Positions 47,501 through 60,400 of a stretch of DNA of 64,000 nucleotides are shown here, piece after piece. The notes beneath the pieces are model-generated. The model was not told the origin of the DNA and did no database searches. It worked only from the letters and a program-made list of their open reading frames with translations. The translations under genes and the position numbers were made by a program. The first letter of the stretch is position 1. Each line of letters begins with the position of its first letter. The stretch comes from Raillietiella orientalis. Lineage: Eukaryota. The DNA is taken from positions 4,030,001 through 4,094,000 of the forward strand of contig JAYWIR010000010.1 in NCBI GenBank assembly GCA_036172245.1, written 5' to 3'.

Positions 47501-50483
47501 GGATTCGAATCTAAAGGTAAATCTGGTTCTTCAGGGACATCGCTTGCCAGTGTGAGTGTTTAGCAATGGCACTAGAGGAGGCAAGGAAGAGAGCAGACAC
47601 TTTCAATGGAGCCCCTGCTACTGGAAGAGCAATCACAGGAAATGGTAGTGCTGCAAATGCTTGGTGCCCGCACAGTGAAGGTCAACTCGTCATGCTTGTC
47701 GTAGCTGCTCGTTCGAAAATCAGCCAGTCGCTTTGGGATATGGCAGGAAAAAAGGGAAGAGTGCGATTTCTCCCTCAAATGTCCTCAGTGGGCGGAACTC
47801 GGCCAACGACGACAAGGCCCTGAGGATTCTGTGTGGGCGATTCTGTGAGACGAGCCGTCTGAGAAAGCCCGGAAGCCTTCAACATGGAAGGAGTTTCCCT
47901 TCCTGGCAGCTTGCGGAGCTTTCTACGGAAGTTGCTATGTAATCCGCAGTGGATGGATAAAAAAATATCCAGGGACGCGCACTGGCAGCATTCGATCAGT
48001 TTCTGCCCGTACTGAAAGCACCCTCGAGAATTTTAGCCTCATTACAAGTGCTAGTTGAGGAACCTTCGGACCAAGGATGGAAATCTCCCTCCCTCCCTTC
48101 ATTTGTGCCCCCCTTTCCTGGACACGAATGCGACCAAGAGGATGTGCATGGATCACCTTGTAAGGGCTCTGAAGAGAGCATTCCGCTCACCAAGCCTCCA
48201 GCTCTTTCCTTACCGATCCAAAAATCATCGTCCATACAGTCCAACGGCTGTATAGACGGCCCAACTCTTCGACAGTGAGCTGGAGACATCTTCATGGCAG
48301 CAGCTGAATCACACAGATGACAAAAGACAAAGAGTGACTGAAAATCATCTGATCATGCTCTTTGTCATTTCTTTTTTGGACTACTCATTACATTTGGAAG
48401 CGCACCGCTGCCCGAACATTCCCATCAATCATTCAACTCATGGATCAAAAAATTATTCACATCTTCAAGATGGACCAGTTTTTCTTTTCCTCTCTTTCTC
48501 TCTCTCTCTCTTCGGCTGCTAATGAGTCATGATTTTAAATGGACCGTTCAAATCATCAGCTTCCCTCTGGCCTTAGCAAACCCATGCACCCGAGTGCCTT
48601 CCTAAAATGCAGGAAGCACGTCCCATTTTCAAGAGAAAATGTTTCAGAGCCCTGCGCCTAAGGACGTGCTTGGATTCGGCCGAGTGAAACGTCAGCAGTT
48701 TCTCCAACCCAGCTGTGAGTGTCCTACTGAAGTGCTGCAGACGAATGGTTCAAAAGGAGGAAGCGATTTGAGGCTATTAATGGAGATGAGTAGGATGCAA
48801 GAACGGAGAGAGACAACAGATCCCTCCTCCAGCTTCAAAACCTGGAGCTCCTGCGCGTGGCTGCAACCACAACCTGATGGGACACCCTGCTTTCTCACTG
48901 AAGAGGGCTTATGACATGCGCAGTTAGGAAGAAAGAAAGAGAAGGAACACTGGCTGGTTTCCTTGGAGATTTTTGATTAGACATCAAGTACTCCATGCAT
49001 GTGTGAGTAAAGTATGCTCGTGAGATGGAGACTTGAAACAGACAACTCAGAGTACATCCCCATCCATCCATCCTGCTTTGTTCTGTAGGTCCTGAAAATC
49101 TGCGATTCGGGAATTCTTGGGTCCCGGCCGTTCCAATCTGATATCCGGTGATTCATTGCACCTTCTCATTTTTTTTTTTTTCCTTCCTAATCGATGCTCT
49201 CTGCTGACTTCATTTGAACTTTGCTTGTTCTCTGAATCACGCTGCTCCCAGAGCATCCCATAAAGGAAAACTCGCTCTAAGTCTTTGCTCGCGAAAGTTT
49301 CTCTGTTACTGAAGAAGCAGGCGGAGATTCATTGAACCAGGGAATTGTAGTCACATCCCACCCTTATTGAAATTCAGACTATTTATAGAATTTTCTGTAG
49401 GGATGGTCTAATCCATCTTTCATTCGCTCTCCGCCCTTGGAAGAGCTCGACGGCTTTTCTACATGAACTGCCCGGTTGTTTGTCGCCTGTTTGACCGAAT
49501 GGGCAAGGTCGAACGAATAGCAGAACTTTGATTTTTTTAAAAGGATGCCGATTCCCGTTTCTTTTCGAATGGTTTTTGATCATCCGTCGCTCATTTCATC
49601 CAGAACGAACACGTGGCGTTGCAGCACCACGAAGATCGCGGGTTGCCTTTTATTTGCCGTGAATTTTCGATTACGCCAGATTCCGATCTCTGAAAGCAAG
49701 CTGGTGGTGAGAGCACATGGAGCCTTAGACGAGCACGTAATAATACGAAAGAGGGAAACATATGCTTGCTTTCTCCAGAACCAGAAATCATGATTGATAA
49801 CCACTGGTCCACGGAACCGTTTATGGTATAATTATGCTACCATTAGCAACTAGGAGAGATCTATTTTCAGAGGCTCATTTCCAAGTCAAAAGCGGATTTC
49901 TCATTTATAGCCACTTGAAGTCCTTTTGAATTTTTAGGTTGGATTTTAGTGCGCCCGTAAACCCTTAATGACTACCTAACCAGGATGAAGGTACTTTTCA
50001 TCCCCTCCATGGACTTTCACAGCTGCCTTAAGGAATAGGTGTAAGTACGTGTGATTTTCCAGGCCGATCGATGAAGTGTGCTATCTCATCCATCGAAACT
50101 AATAAAGTTCGAGTATTCCTCAAGAACGGGAACTGTAACCACGTGCACTGAATTGTGAGAAACAGGGTCAAGAGACCAGAACAGCGGAAGACCTTTGAAA
50201 CACGCGATCGCTCTAAGAGTTTGGGCTGATTTTTTGCTCAGAACTTGTGGAGAAACCCAGGCACTTCTAACGAATCTGACCTGGCGTTCATTGCAGGAAA
50301 ACAAAAGCTCGTCCCGTTTCAGGGATGCTTGATGCAAGACACGAAGCTGACAGAGGAGGGCATTCCAGAATTGCGAGACTTTGATATCAGAATGGGACAG
50401 CATTCGGATTTAATCATGACTACTGAAGAAGCTATTTTCTATGAAGGACTCGTAACACCAAAAAAACAACACTTCCTCCTGGG

Positions 50484-51300
50484 CGAGGGGCATTTCAAAA
50501 GTAAGGGCTGATCGGATATAAAGAGAGAACAAATAAGAGAAACGAAAATGTATCGGTGGTTCGAAACACATCCATCCATCCGCATGTCATTTTTCTACGC
50601 AGTCACCATTTTTTGCCAAACACTTTTGATCCCGTGGAACAAGAAGCTTTTCGAAATCTTTCGAAAATTCTCATCTGAATTTCTGAATTGTCCGGAATGT
50701 GGGGACAGCAGTGTGTGTGGGACCAAAAGGGTGCGCTTTTGGGGGACTTTATGGAGCCTGGACCAACCATCTACTGTACTGCGCGAGTCTTCTGTGTGGG
50801 AACGCTTTCAAAACTGCGGCCTTCAGCACCGGCGACGTGGAATGCAGAGATCAGGGATTGTTCTCCTCCTTCACGACGACGCGCACCTTGGCAACACATG
50901 CTGTCCCCACATTCCGGGCAATTCGGAAATGCAAATGGGGACTGTTTGATCACCCACCTTACGGTGCCGCCCATTGGCTACCACGTCTTCCTTCCGGCGC
51001 CTCCAGGAGTGGCTCAACCCGATTCGAGGCGGAAAGAGAGTTGAAAACCTCAGTGCTGCTGAACTCCCGGCAGGCGGAATTTCATGCCGAAGGCTCGAAA
51101 GATCTTCTTCTACGGTATCGAAAGTATTTGGGAAAAAACCGTGACTGCGTAGAAAAAGGACATGGGGGCGCATGTGTTTCGAACGCCGATCTTGGAGCCT
51201 TACTGAAAGTCCATCATTTACCTTTGATTTAGAAAACATTTTGCATCTAAAAGGAACGTTCTCATGTGCTTCACAAAAGGCTCGACTATTTATGGCTGCG
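50484..51300 (+). mobile_element. Rearranged mariner derivative with C-terminal transposase remnant and internal inverted repeats
   Basis: IVLLLHDDAH (cf. LLHDNARPH), KWGLFDHPPY (cf. WEVLxHPPYSPDL), RYRKYLGKNRDCVEK (cf. RWxKCIxxxGDYVEK); TIR-like CGAGGGGCATTTCAAAAGT at 50484. Confidence 0.75.
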
Positions 51301-54300
51301 ATTTTTTTTTCCTTGTCTCTTTTGAAGTTGGCATTATTCTCTCATGACTAATAGCATCAGAGTTCCACAGCACATGGTACGGGGAAAAACACTACATCAC
51401 GTCTGATAGCGTAAAATCGAACATTTGTTTTGTTCCTAAGATAATTTTTTCCGATGCTTTTATTTATTCATTGATTGAAAGTTAGCGAAAATTCATTGGA
51501 ATCTCACGTCGAATCGCTCTTTTATACATTAAAACGGTCCTTTAAAAAAACAAAAAGAATTGCGTGTGATTGTCTGCGCGCAGATAGTTTGAAGATTCGT
51601 TGGAATTTTCGCCATTCCTTGAAATTTGCATCTGCAGAATTGTATCTTCCTCGTTCATAGAGTGTTTGCGAATGTTCGCCTCCATCATGCAGAACTTTGA
51701 AAGATTTACAGTGCTTCTGGGGAGATCATCCCTTTGTGAAACGAAAAGATGAGCGCTGCTGAAAGCTATTAACATTCGAAAGATAGACATGTACATACAT
51801 ATATTTTAGCATCCCGATGGTGTTCCAGGATATTTTGTTGTAAAATATTTTTTTGTCGTCGTAAACATCTCATAATGCATAAATTTTCTTTCACGGCTCA
51901 TCACTACGGGAAATCGTTCGAAACGGAAGCTGAGAATTATTTTTTTTTCTGACGTGCCAGCCTTTAGCTACGGGCATGAACTTTCCAGTGTTTAGGGGTG
52001 GTGCTTTATTTTAGATGTTAGAGAGCACGCGCTTTCGTGATGAAATGAACTTTCGTATTGTCCTCCCAGTACTCCCCTGTCTGTTTTCTCGCATTTGATG
52101 ATAGTGCAATGACCCCATCTGAGAAACTCTCAGGCGAATTTCGAATCTGTGCACCCTTGACACTTAGAGATTGCCTTCGGCCTTGCAGTTGCAGTCTCCG
52201 TAGCCATGGTCATACGTGCATCTGAGCGTGGCGCGACCTTTCCGGATTCGTTCTGTTTTCACTTCTGCTTCCACGCTTTCATTTCAGAAATCTTTCGAAA
52301 ACCAAAAAAAAGCCCCAAACGCAGCAGCCACTTTAATTTCTCATGCGTGTTGCATCCAATTTCTTACTCAGCAGCTGCGATGGTTGATATGAATCAGCAA
52401 ACCGCACGAATTGATTTGTTTGGCATAAACAAGGCCTACCAAGAGTGGTCTTCAAACTAACATACCAGCGTACAAAGTCACATTAGCACTACGATTCCAA
52501 CATTCTTCCGACTAAAGTGATGGAAACTCAGCAACTTCTTTTGAGAAGGAAAGGACATGTAGACGTGCTTTATCTTTAAATTATGGGAAAACCGAATGAA
52601 GCGAACTGTTTCCTATAGAGCAAGTAATAGGTTGACTGGTCCTACCAAGCCAAAAACACGAAATTTACGTCACTTGACACCAATGGACGATGAAGGTTAT
52701 AGAAAAATAGGTTATTTGCTCGTGATTCCCTTCATGCCTAAGGACTTACAGAGGAGTGTTTTGAAATGCTCCCTTGTTACTTTCTTGTCACTAGTTCTAG
52801 AATTGTATTCTCCTTGCGTGAGTACTGATATGAAGGAGAACATGAAAATTTAACAGAAGCATCTTATCTTCATATGGACGATCTCCTGTTTTCCTTCCCG
52901 AAAAGTTATTTATACAGGAGGAGATATGGCTTAGAGAAAACTTACATTATCGGTTGTCGATAAGGAAAACCAAAATTCCTGTACTGCATTTCTGAGGACG
53001 AAATTGCAGCAAATTAGCTCACTTCGTAGTTGAACTGGATCAGATGAAAATGAATTCGAAACAAACTCGAATTCGAATTCCTGTACTGTGCATTAATTAA
53101 ATAATCAAATCGCGACATGCTCTTATGATTTCTCCGTCAAAGCTTTGAAAGTTTGCCAAAGTAAATTGCATCATCATTAATGACAGCAAATAGCATCTGG
53201 AACGAATCTGCTCAGTGTGATAATTACTTTCGAATTAGGGATTAGTGGACGCAGGAACGCCCGTTTGATATCAAGCGCGCGCCATTACAGTAGCGTACAA
53301 CACTGCTTTCTGTGTACACAGCTTCAATCTTGCAGGAGGTTCAAATCTGTTCTGACCTACAGATCTGCGTGAATTCAAAGGCAGAAAAGGAATGAAACTC
53401 AACCATCAGGATGGGTTGGAATCGCAAAAACCACAAACCAACTGGAATTTTCTCCGTACTGTATTATAACCTCGTACGTGCTGAGGTTTGTAATGTTGTT
53501 GAAAGGCAAGCGAATCTACATTAACCCGTCCTAATGTATTCTTCTTTAAGAAACTGACTCTTCCACCTATAAAACGGATCCCGAAACATTCTCCGAAAAT
53601 TCCAGCCTTCTCAAGCCAGTGTCTTCTCTCAAATAGGATAATTCGAAGGCTTTCCTTGACGACCTTCCTGCTGGGACTTTGTCTGCGCGGGTTTTTCCAT
53701 AGTCTGCGTCGAAGTGTGGACAAAGTCCACATATGTTCTCGCGAAATTTGTGTTTTGCCAGCCACAACGAGGCGGATAGGGGTAACCCCTCACACTCGAA
53801 AGCTACGGAAACTAAGTTTCGAGATCAGGACGAAGCGATAGAGAAAATACATAGCAAAGTTAGGAGCAAATTACCGCTGAAACGCATATGCTATCTGGAG
53901 CCGTGCAATCAAACTGCTTCATATATCTCGTGCGCATAAATCAGTTCTGATGGAGGAACAGGAAGCAGCAAGCAAGCACAGAGCAGAGAGCAAAGCTTGT
54001 TTCATAAATAAGCGAAGAAAATGCTCTGAAATCTGTATCCCTTCACTTGCTTTTAGCTGATACAGCCACCGTTATTGGGGCTGCTCACAGAAGCAATATC
54101 TTGCAAAACACTGCCTTGTGGTTCAAACGATGATAATTACCCAGATAACTCATCTTCACGGAATGATAAACACTCAGATTATTCTACATCAAAATAAATA
54201 ATACGTTCTCATTCTACCCCAGTCGCGGATCCGATTAAAAAAAAAAAAAAGGATACCTTCCCGATTGCAAATATGTTAAGAAGAAACAGCTTTGCGACAT

Positions 54301-54595
54301 AAATGCTGCGGCCCAAGCTGTGATCACAGGAATATGGTGTTTTTTCGAAATGTGATGCCAAAGTTAGCAAACAACGGATCTGACTGTTTATTCAAAGCAC
54401 GGAGGTTTGAGCTAAGATTCCAAATGAAATAGATTGGGATCCCTTATAAGCCGTCTAAAAACACTGTATTCTCCATAAAGTGTAGCGACTAAGAAAGAAC
54501 TACTTTGTAGTCCTTGGACACTGACTTAATTTTAGCCATTCGTCTTATACGAAAATTTGTCACGAGGAAACGCACTCTCTTTTTCTTTCCTTCTC

Positions 54596-54628
<33 letters not shown>

Positions 54629-56289
54629 GAAAGGGAATTTGATATGTATGCGTCTCATTGAAAAAGTTCTACAAGAAGTTTCGCAATGAGACTCTAACAA
54701 GAAGCCCTTTTTTCCTGACTTTTCGTTTCGAACATTTTGGATTCGAAATATGCAAGAGAAAAAAAAAAAAAAAAAAAAAAAAAGGTCCGTGACGTTGAAG
54801 ACTCTATAAAAAACGCGCATTTTTATCTCGAGAAAAAACACTGGAAGCAGACCCGAATCGAAATGCAATGTGCATACTGAGGATGCATTGCGGGGAAAAC
54901 AGGGAAGGAGTGGAGAGCTGAGTGGAAACTGCGGGGAAAGTGCAGGGCCCAATTCTTTCGAACTGAAAAGAGAAACGGAGCCCACTCCTTATAGAGTGCT
55001 AAAACGAAACCCGAAACCAAATTTCAGAAGAATGGGAAGCCAGCAGTTCTCCGTATTGCTGATACAGCCCGTGATTGCGGAAACGCCCTTCTAACGATCT
55101 CCTACTCACTTCTAATCGTTCCTGAGCTCAGGAATGCATGCATCAGATGCTTCCGCTTCCTCAGTGGATCAGCCACGTGGTCAGCTTCTTTGCTGAGGAA
55201 TGAAGGATTACAACCCTTCTTTCTCTTGAAGTCATTTTGATGCACTGCCTTATAAAACTAAGCTTCCGTGCTGGACACATGCCACTGCAGCTATTCTCTC
55301 CACTCCATGACTGTCTTCCGTTGTTTAGCCCACACTCTTCTCGTTGAACTTGAACGATCCTAAGACCAGAAAAGGTTCTGAACGGCTTTCAACTAAAAAC
55401 GATAAACACAGGGCTTTATTTCGTGACTTAGATGATTGCGAAATTCCAAAGTGCATTTATTTAGGTGATTCTTTTTTTCCTTTCTCGCTTTCTCTCTGGA
55501 TGCAGGAAAATTCCAGAATCCAGAGAGAATCACGGTTAGCAGTCCTGGAAGAGTCAGGAGAACTGGTTTGTGGTTTTTCTTTCCCTTTTTGCAGACCAAG
55601 TCGTCATAAACTGCATGCATTTCTTGCGCAAACTCATTGCAATGGGTAATTGCAATTGCCTTTCTTCTGGAACAAGAAAGCAGATCGGGTAAGTTCGGAC
55701 ACACGATCGCGAGGATTTGCAGCACACACAAAATGAGAAGTGTTGGAATTTTGAAAAGTGTTAGAAAGAGATAGTGAACACAAAACCGAAGCAAAGATCG
55801 TTTAGAATTTCTGCAATTTTCTATACAAGTTTTAAGAGAGACTGGTTTCAATCAACACTCTTCGTGAATGTACATTCATGGAGTGTGTGGAATGACGAGA
55901 TGTACATTGAGGACAGCATCTTAAATATTTAAACGCTGAATTGTATTCAGTGATTAAGTTGCAGTGACAGAAAATTCCAAAGAAGAAGGTGAAGCAATGA
56001 TTCTTGCTTTTTGTTTCTTACGAACATACATCACTGTACCATATTTCAGCTTTAAATGCCCATTCTTTTTCGAAATACAATAAAAAAGGATCTCAGAGCA
56101 CACTTAAGACTTATTCATTTTCGTCATGCTGTACTTATCATAACGAGAATTAATGCCACATCAATTTTCCTCTTCCATTTCGACTCTGAATCAAGCGGGT
56201 GTACTATACATGTTATCAGTCTTTCCGATCTCGTTTGAGGATTACAGGGCCAATCACCAGTACGATGTTTTCCTTCATTCAGAGTGACA

Positions 56290-56460
56290 CTCAAAGCCAA
56301 ACCCCTGTAAAGTTTCCCTCCGACTGGAACTTTTACAGGAATTCGTCTTTGAGCTGTTTTATGAGCATATTCTTCTCGATGCCCGAACTTCATCAGTCGC
56401 GCAAAAAATTTCGAAAAAATTGCACGTCTTGCTTTCAGAGGAATTTCGGTGTTTGATTGC
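56290..56460 (-). mobile_element. Mariner transposase N-terminal remnant
   Basis: HKTAQRR followed after a frameshift by KFQSEGNF (cf. RTAQRWFxKFRSGNF). Confidence 0.35.
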
Positions 56461-56910
56461 AAGTTAAAACTAATGGATGGGGTGGGGATGGGGGGGCGGA
56501 ACCGAGTATCTCTTCGATGTCTACTTAAGTGTAATCGGTATTCATTGCAACAGCAGACTTGAAAATTGGTCGAAACCGCCTGCGAAACATTCGGGAAAGG
56601 ATCAACCGAAGTGGGAAAATTCTCCCCTCGGTTAATGGCTCCTTATCATTGGCATATTTTTGAGATCACTGGATTTTTCATCCTTCCAAAATCCATTTCC
56701 ATTTTGTAAACGCAGTCTCCAAATTATGCGCCTGCTCTAAAATTTGATGAACTTTTGAACACATCGGTTCAAGCAGATTCCAATAAGTTTGATAGATTTT
56801 CTAAGAGTCGTGGCACTTGAAGAAATGGATTGAGCTGATGTTTGCTTGATTACTGCAGCGACTTGTATCAACCCATGGACTCACAGTATATGATTCAATT
56901 CACTGAGGGC

Positions 56911-56956
56911 ATATATATATATATATATATATATATTTATTTATTTATTTATTTAT
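56911..56956. repeat. (AT)n plus (ATTT)n microsatellite
   Basis: Directly visible. Confidence 0.9.
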
Positions 56957-58255
56957 GAAGTGAACTAAATGGAAACAGGGGTTCTGTATGACGGGGTAAA
57001 ATAAAACCGACTATTATGGCAGCAGTGGCGCCGAAAGAAATGGAAATTCAAGTTATCTAAATGGTTATACTAGCACTGAAATATTTCAATTCAAATTTTT
57101 CTCGTTCTTTTTGCTCTATCGTGCAGTGTGCCTGTGCAGAAATGATGCAAATGAGGATTTATACAAGAAAAGGGGCACTGATTCTTCTACATGTTTGTTT
57201 GTTTTTTTCCCCTTCCCTAAATATACATATTTCAGCAAAGGAGTTACATTCATGTTTAAGTTCGGGACAATAATTTGAGATTGATACATGCTTTGATATC
57301 TGGTCACATATGAAAAACTACACGTCAAAAATACATTAGGAAATCGCACATAACTTTAAAAACTCTTGCAAAAGTTACGTCGCTTCAAAAAGTAGAATCC
57401 TTAAGAAAACATTTTGCAATTATGTCTTAAAAATTCTTCTTGCAAAAATGCAATAACAGTCTCAGTTCGCTCCATATGGATATGGCTTTTCCTTAGAGAA
57501 AGCTATTCATTATTGCTTTGGAAGATGTATATTATTGTCTTCGTAACAGAAAATAGGAATTTTTTTTTTTTTTTTTTCCCTTATCATCATTGCTGAAGGT
57601 GTCGAAGAACAGCATGTCCTATCAGTGTGCAGAATAGACCTCATTTTCTGGATAAAAGAAAACAATAAGACAGAGAGAGTTCTTAGACCATGATGGGTTT
57701 GCCTTGTTTATTTCCTAAAACGGAATCAGTTTCTGTTTATCTCTTAACAAAGCTGCAAACTCAGTATCCCAGTTTTTACATTTCTACATGTATGGAAGCA
57801 TGCTGAAAACTGTATGTTCTACTTGTTCATCCCCAGAACTGTGGAAATGTACTATGGAGCATAATAATATTTTGAAATGTCTTTAACCGAGGCTTTGTAA
57901 CCTTGACAACTACATACTGTAAATACAATTGGTATCCGAGTATCCTCAATAGAGAGCAAGAAACAAAATCTAAAGAATTTAGAAAAATTTTTAACAACGC
58001 TAATCTAAATTAAATGAACAAAGCTTTGGATGCATTTGTTGCTCTTGCAATCAAATGGAGTCATCGATTATAGTCATTGCATAAAAAATGGATGCAGTAG
58101 ATATAATCCCCTAAATGATGTTAGGTCCTGAGTTAGATTTGGAGTATGTTGCCAAAGTACTTGAGATTTATAGTGTCTTAGCTTATTTATTACTCACCAC
58201 GTTAAAAAAAATTCCAAGGACTGATTTTCAACTTCCAGAACGAAATGTTATTTTG

Positions 58256-58720
58256 AAAAAAATTTATGGCTGTTCAGTTTTCCTTCAGGATCCAAACTTT
58301 GTCCACCGAAACCCAGGGAGAAAACGCAGAACATAATTTTTGGTTTCCAACAAAATGACTACTGAATGCTCGAATCTCTTTAATGCATATTACATCAGCG
58401 AGCTATTGCACTCTTGTACTGGTTCACCAGAACGGGTAACATAGCACCTGTAACGTTGGCACCAGTTCCTACTACAGTAAACAAAGTAATGGTTCTGGTT
58501 ATAGTAACTAAGGAGGGATCTCGATAGTTGGTTCTCAACTCATTCAGCAACATTAGGAAACATGTCAGACGTCCGTAAACCATGTGCTGTTGATGTATTT
58601 TGAAATTGTTACCTCCCATCATGTTTAGCATCCGTACCCCAATGGGAGTTTTCCTTGCTTACCTAAAGTATCGACAACACAAGTAAGCGTTATGATAAAC
58701 TATGAAAGTTGTTATCGCCA
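58256..58720 (-). ncRNA. Candidate structured RNA of unknown family, divergent from ELMOD
   Basis: Nested helices found by eye with G-U pairs favouring the minus strand; T7 run at 58262-58256. No family could be assigned. Confidence 0.25.
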
Positions 58721-59031
58721 ATAGGAATTATAGTTTCCTGTTTATTATAGTTTATGACATCCTTTTGTTAAATCAGTAATGGTGAAATGCAAAAGCATGC
58801 CATGATTCACACAGGCGTAGATGGTGCTTGCTCAAAATAATCATGACACGTTGTCAATACTATGATAAAAAACGTATGCTCTTGATCTTTAAATTGTACA
58901 ATTTTAGTTTCTCACATTGATTTGCACATATAAGGATGGCAGATAAATTTAGATCTCAGAATATCTTAAATGAATTCAAAATGATATCTTTGTAAAGAAT
59001 TAAGTGGAAGAAAAAGAATCAGACTCCCAAC

Positions 59032-60145
59032 ATGAAAGCAGATTGGAATATGTTTGTTTGCATAAAGCAGATTTGGAAAAAAGTTATCTCCGTATCACAC
59101 TCAGTAAAGAAGTGGGTCTTGAATAGGACAACAGGACTATGTGAATTGCAGAGAGTCTGCTATGGCACTGTCAGTCCACATAAGCGTATTTTAGCAGTTG
59201 GTAAATTGGGATCTTGACTCATGCATTCAAATACTTTCACATAGAAAGCTGTTTGAGAAATTCAAAAAATCCAGAAATACAACAATTAGTCAGTCATCTG
59301 GATCAAATTGTGATGGAAGGAAAGTTTACAGATGAACAGCAGAATGATTTTATTGTGTATGCAGCAATGTTGGTGGCCAGAGTGAAAGGAATTAAAGATG
59401 AGTAAGTGGAACAAGTGTTAAACTCAGGTGGTCAGATTCTTTCAGAGAAACTTTGGTAATTGTGTGCATGCCATCTGGGCCTACTGGGCTCTCTGTAGGA
59501 ATACCAAAATAATGGCTCAGACATCCTACAACAGTGACAATCCAGTTCACGAAGACATGCTGTTACGTCTGTGGAGTAGCTTGATGCCTGACCGTCCTCT
59601 GGAGCAGAGAATTGGGAAACAGTGGTGTGATATTGGATTCCAAGGAACTGATCCCAAAACAGATTTTCGAAGTATGGGATTGTTGGCCTTGCATAATCTT
59701 CTGTGAGTAATTCTTGCACATCATTGCATGATTGTTTTGTGAAGCTATTTTTGTGAAATGTATCCAGAGCAAGCAAAACAATTACTTGCACATTCTCAAC
59801 ATCCAGTCCATGGGTAAGCTGTAGCTGAGTAGAAAAGAAACGTGTCTTCTCAGATATTCATTTTCCATTGTAGGAATCAATTTGACCCACTTAGCTCATG
59901 AACTACTTCAAGCAGGTCACCTCAGAGCTCGATTTATAACAACAAATGCAAACTATACACTTCAAGATTTCCATTTTTTCTTTGGTCAGTTGTTTCATGC
60001 ATTTGACAGGTATTGGAGTAAACACCAGCCTGCCAGCATACTCGAGTTTGGCTCTATCAGACAACAATTCAAATCTATGATAAACAAGAATCTTATCAAG
60101 TACCCTCATGGTCCACTGTTTGACATGAACACAGAGACAATATGA
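59032..60145 (+). CDS. ELMOD2: ELMO domain-containing protein (ELMOD1/2-like ARL GAP), 5 exons: 59032-59200, 59245-59401, 59436-59702, 59745-59813, 59854-60145; 317 aa
   Basis: Family motifs TGLCELQRVC, YNSDNPVHEDMLLRLWSSLMP, QWCDIGFQGTDPKTDFRSMGLLALHNL, HSQHPVHGYSFSIVGINLT and FDRYW...SILEF. Four GT-AG introns (44, 34, 42, 40 nt) join the pieces into one open frame of 954 nt. ELMOD1 versus ELMOD2 cannot be resolved. Confidence 0.93.
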
Positions 60146-60400
60146 CAATAGACACAATTTTGAAATGTGCAAATGACTTATGACTATTAGGAATGTGATA
60201 CAAAAAAAATGTAAACTGAAAATTCACATTCCATGCATTTTTAGTGATTCTTGTCTTGATGGCTTATTTGGAAAGCAGTTCTCATATGTTTTAATTTCCT
60301 TTTTGGACAGACTTGAATTCTGATAAATGTGAAGCCCCCCACAATGAAGTTATTCAAAACATGTTTATTCAAACATGTAAACAACAGTGGAGCAGAAAGT

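Noticed and set aside
58508..58520. CTAAGGAGGGAT resembling SRP RNA
   Set aside because: The following helix 8 motif and the Alu domain are absent.
58557..58626. C/D box snoRNA-like segment (AUGAUGG...CUGA, minus strand)
   Set aside because: Imperfect C box, terminal pairing overlaps the box, and no convincing rRNA complement.
58395..58631. 78-aa minus-strand ORF
   Set aside because: No homology recognised and no consistent exon chain.
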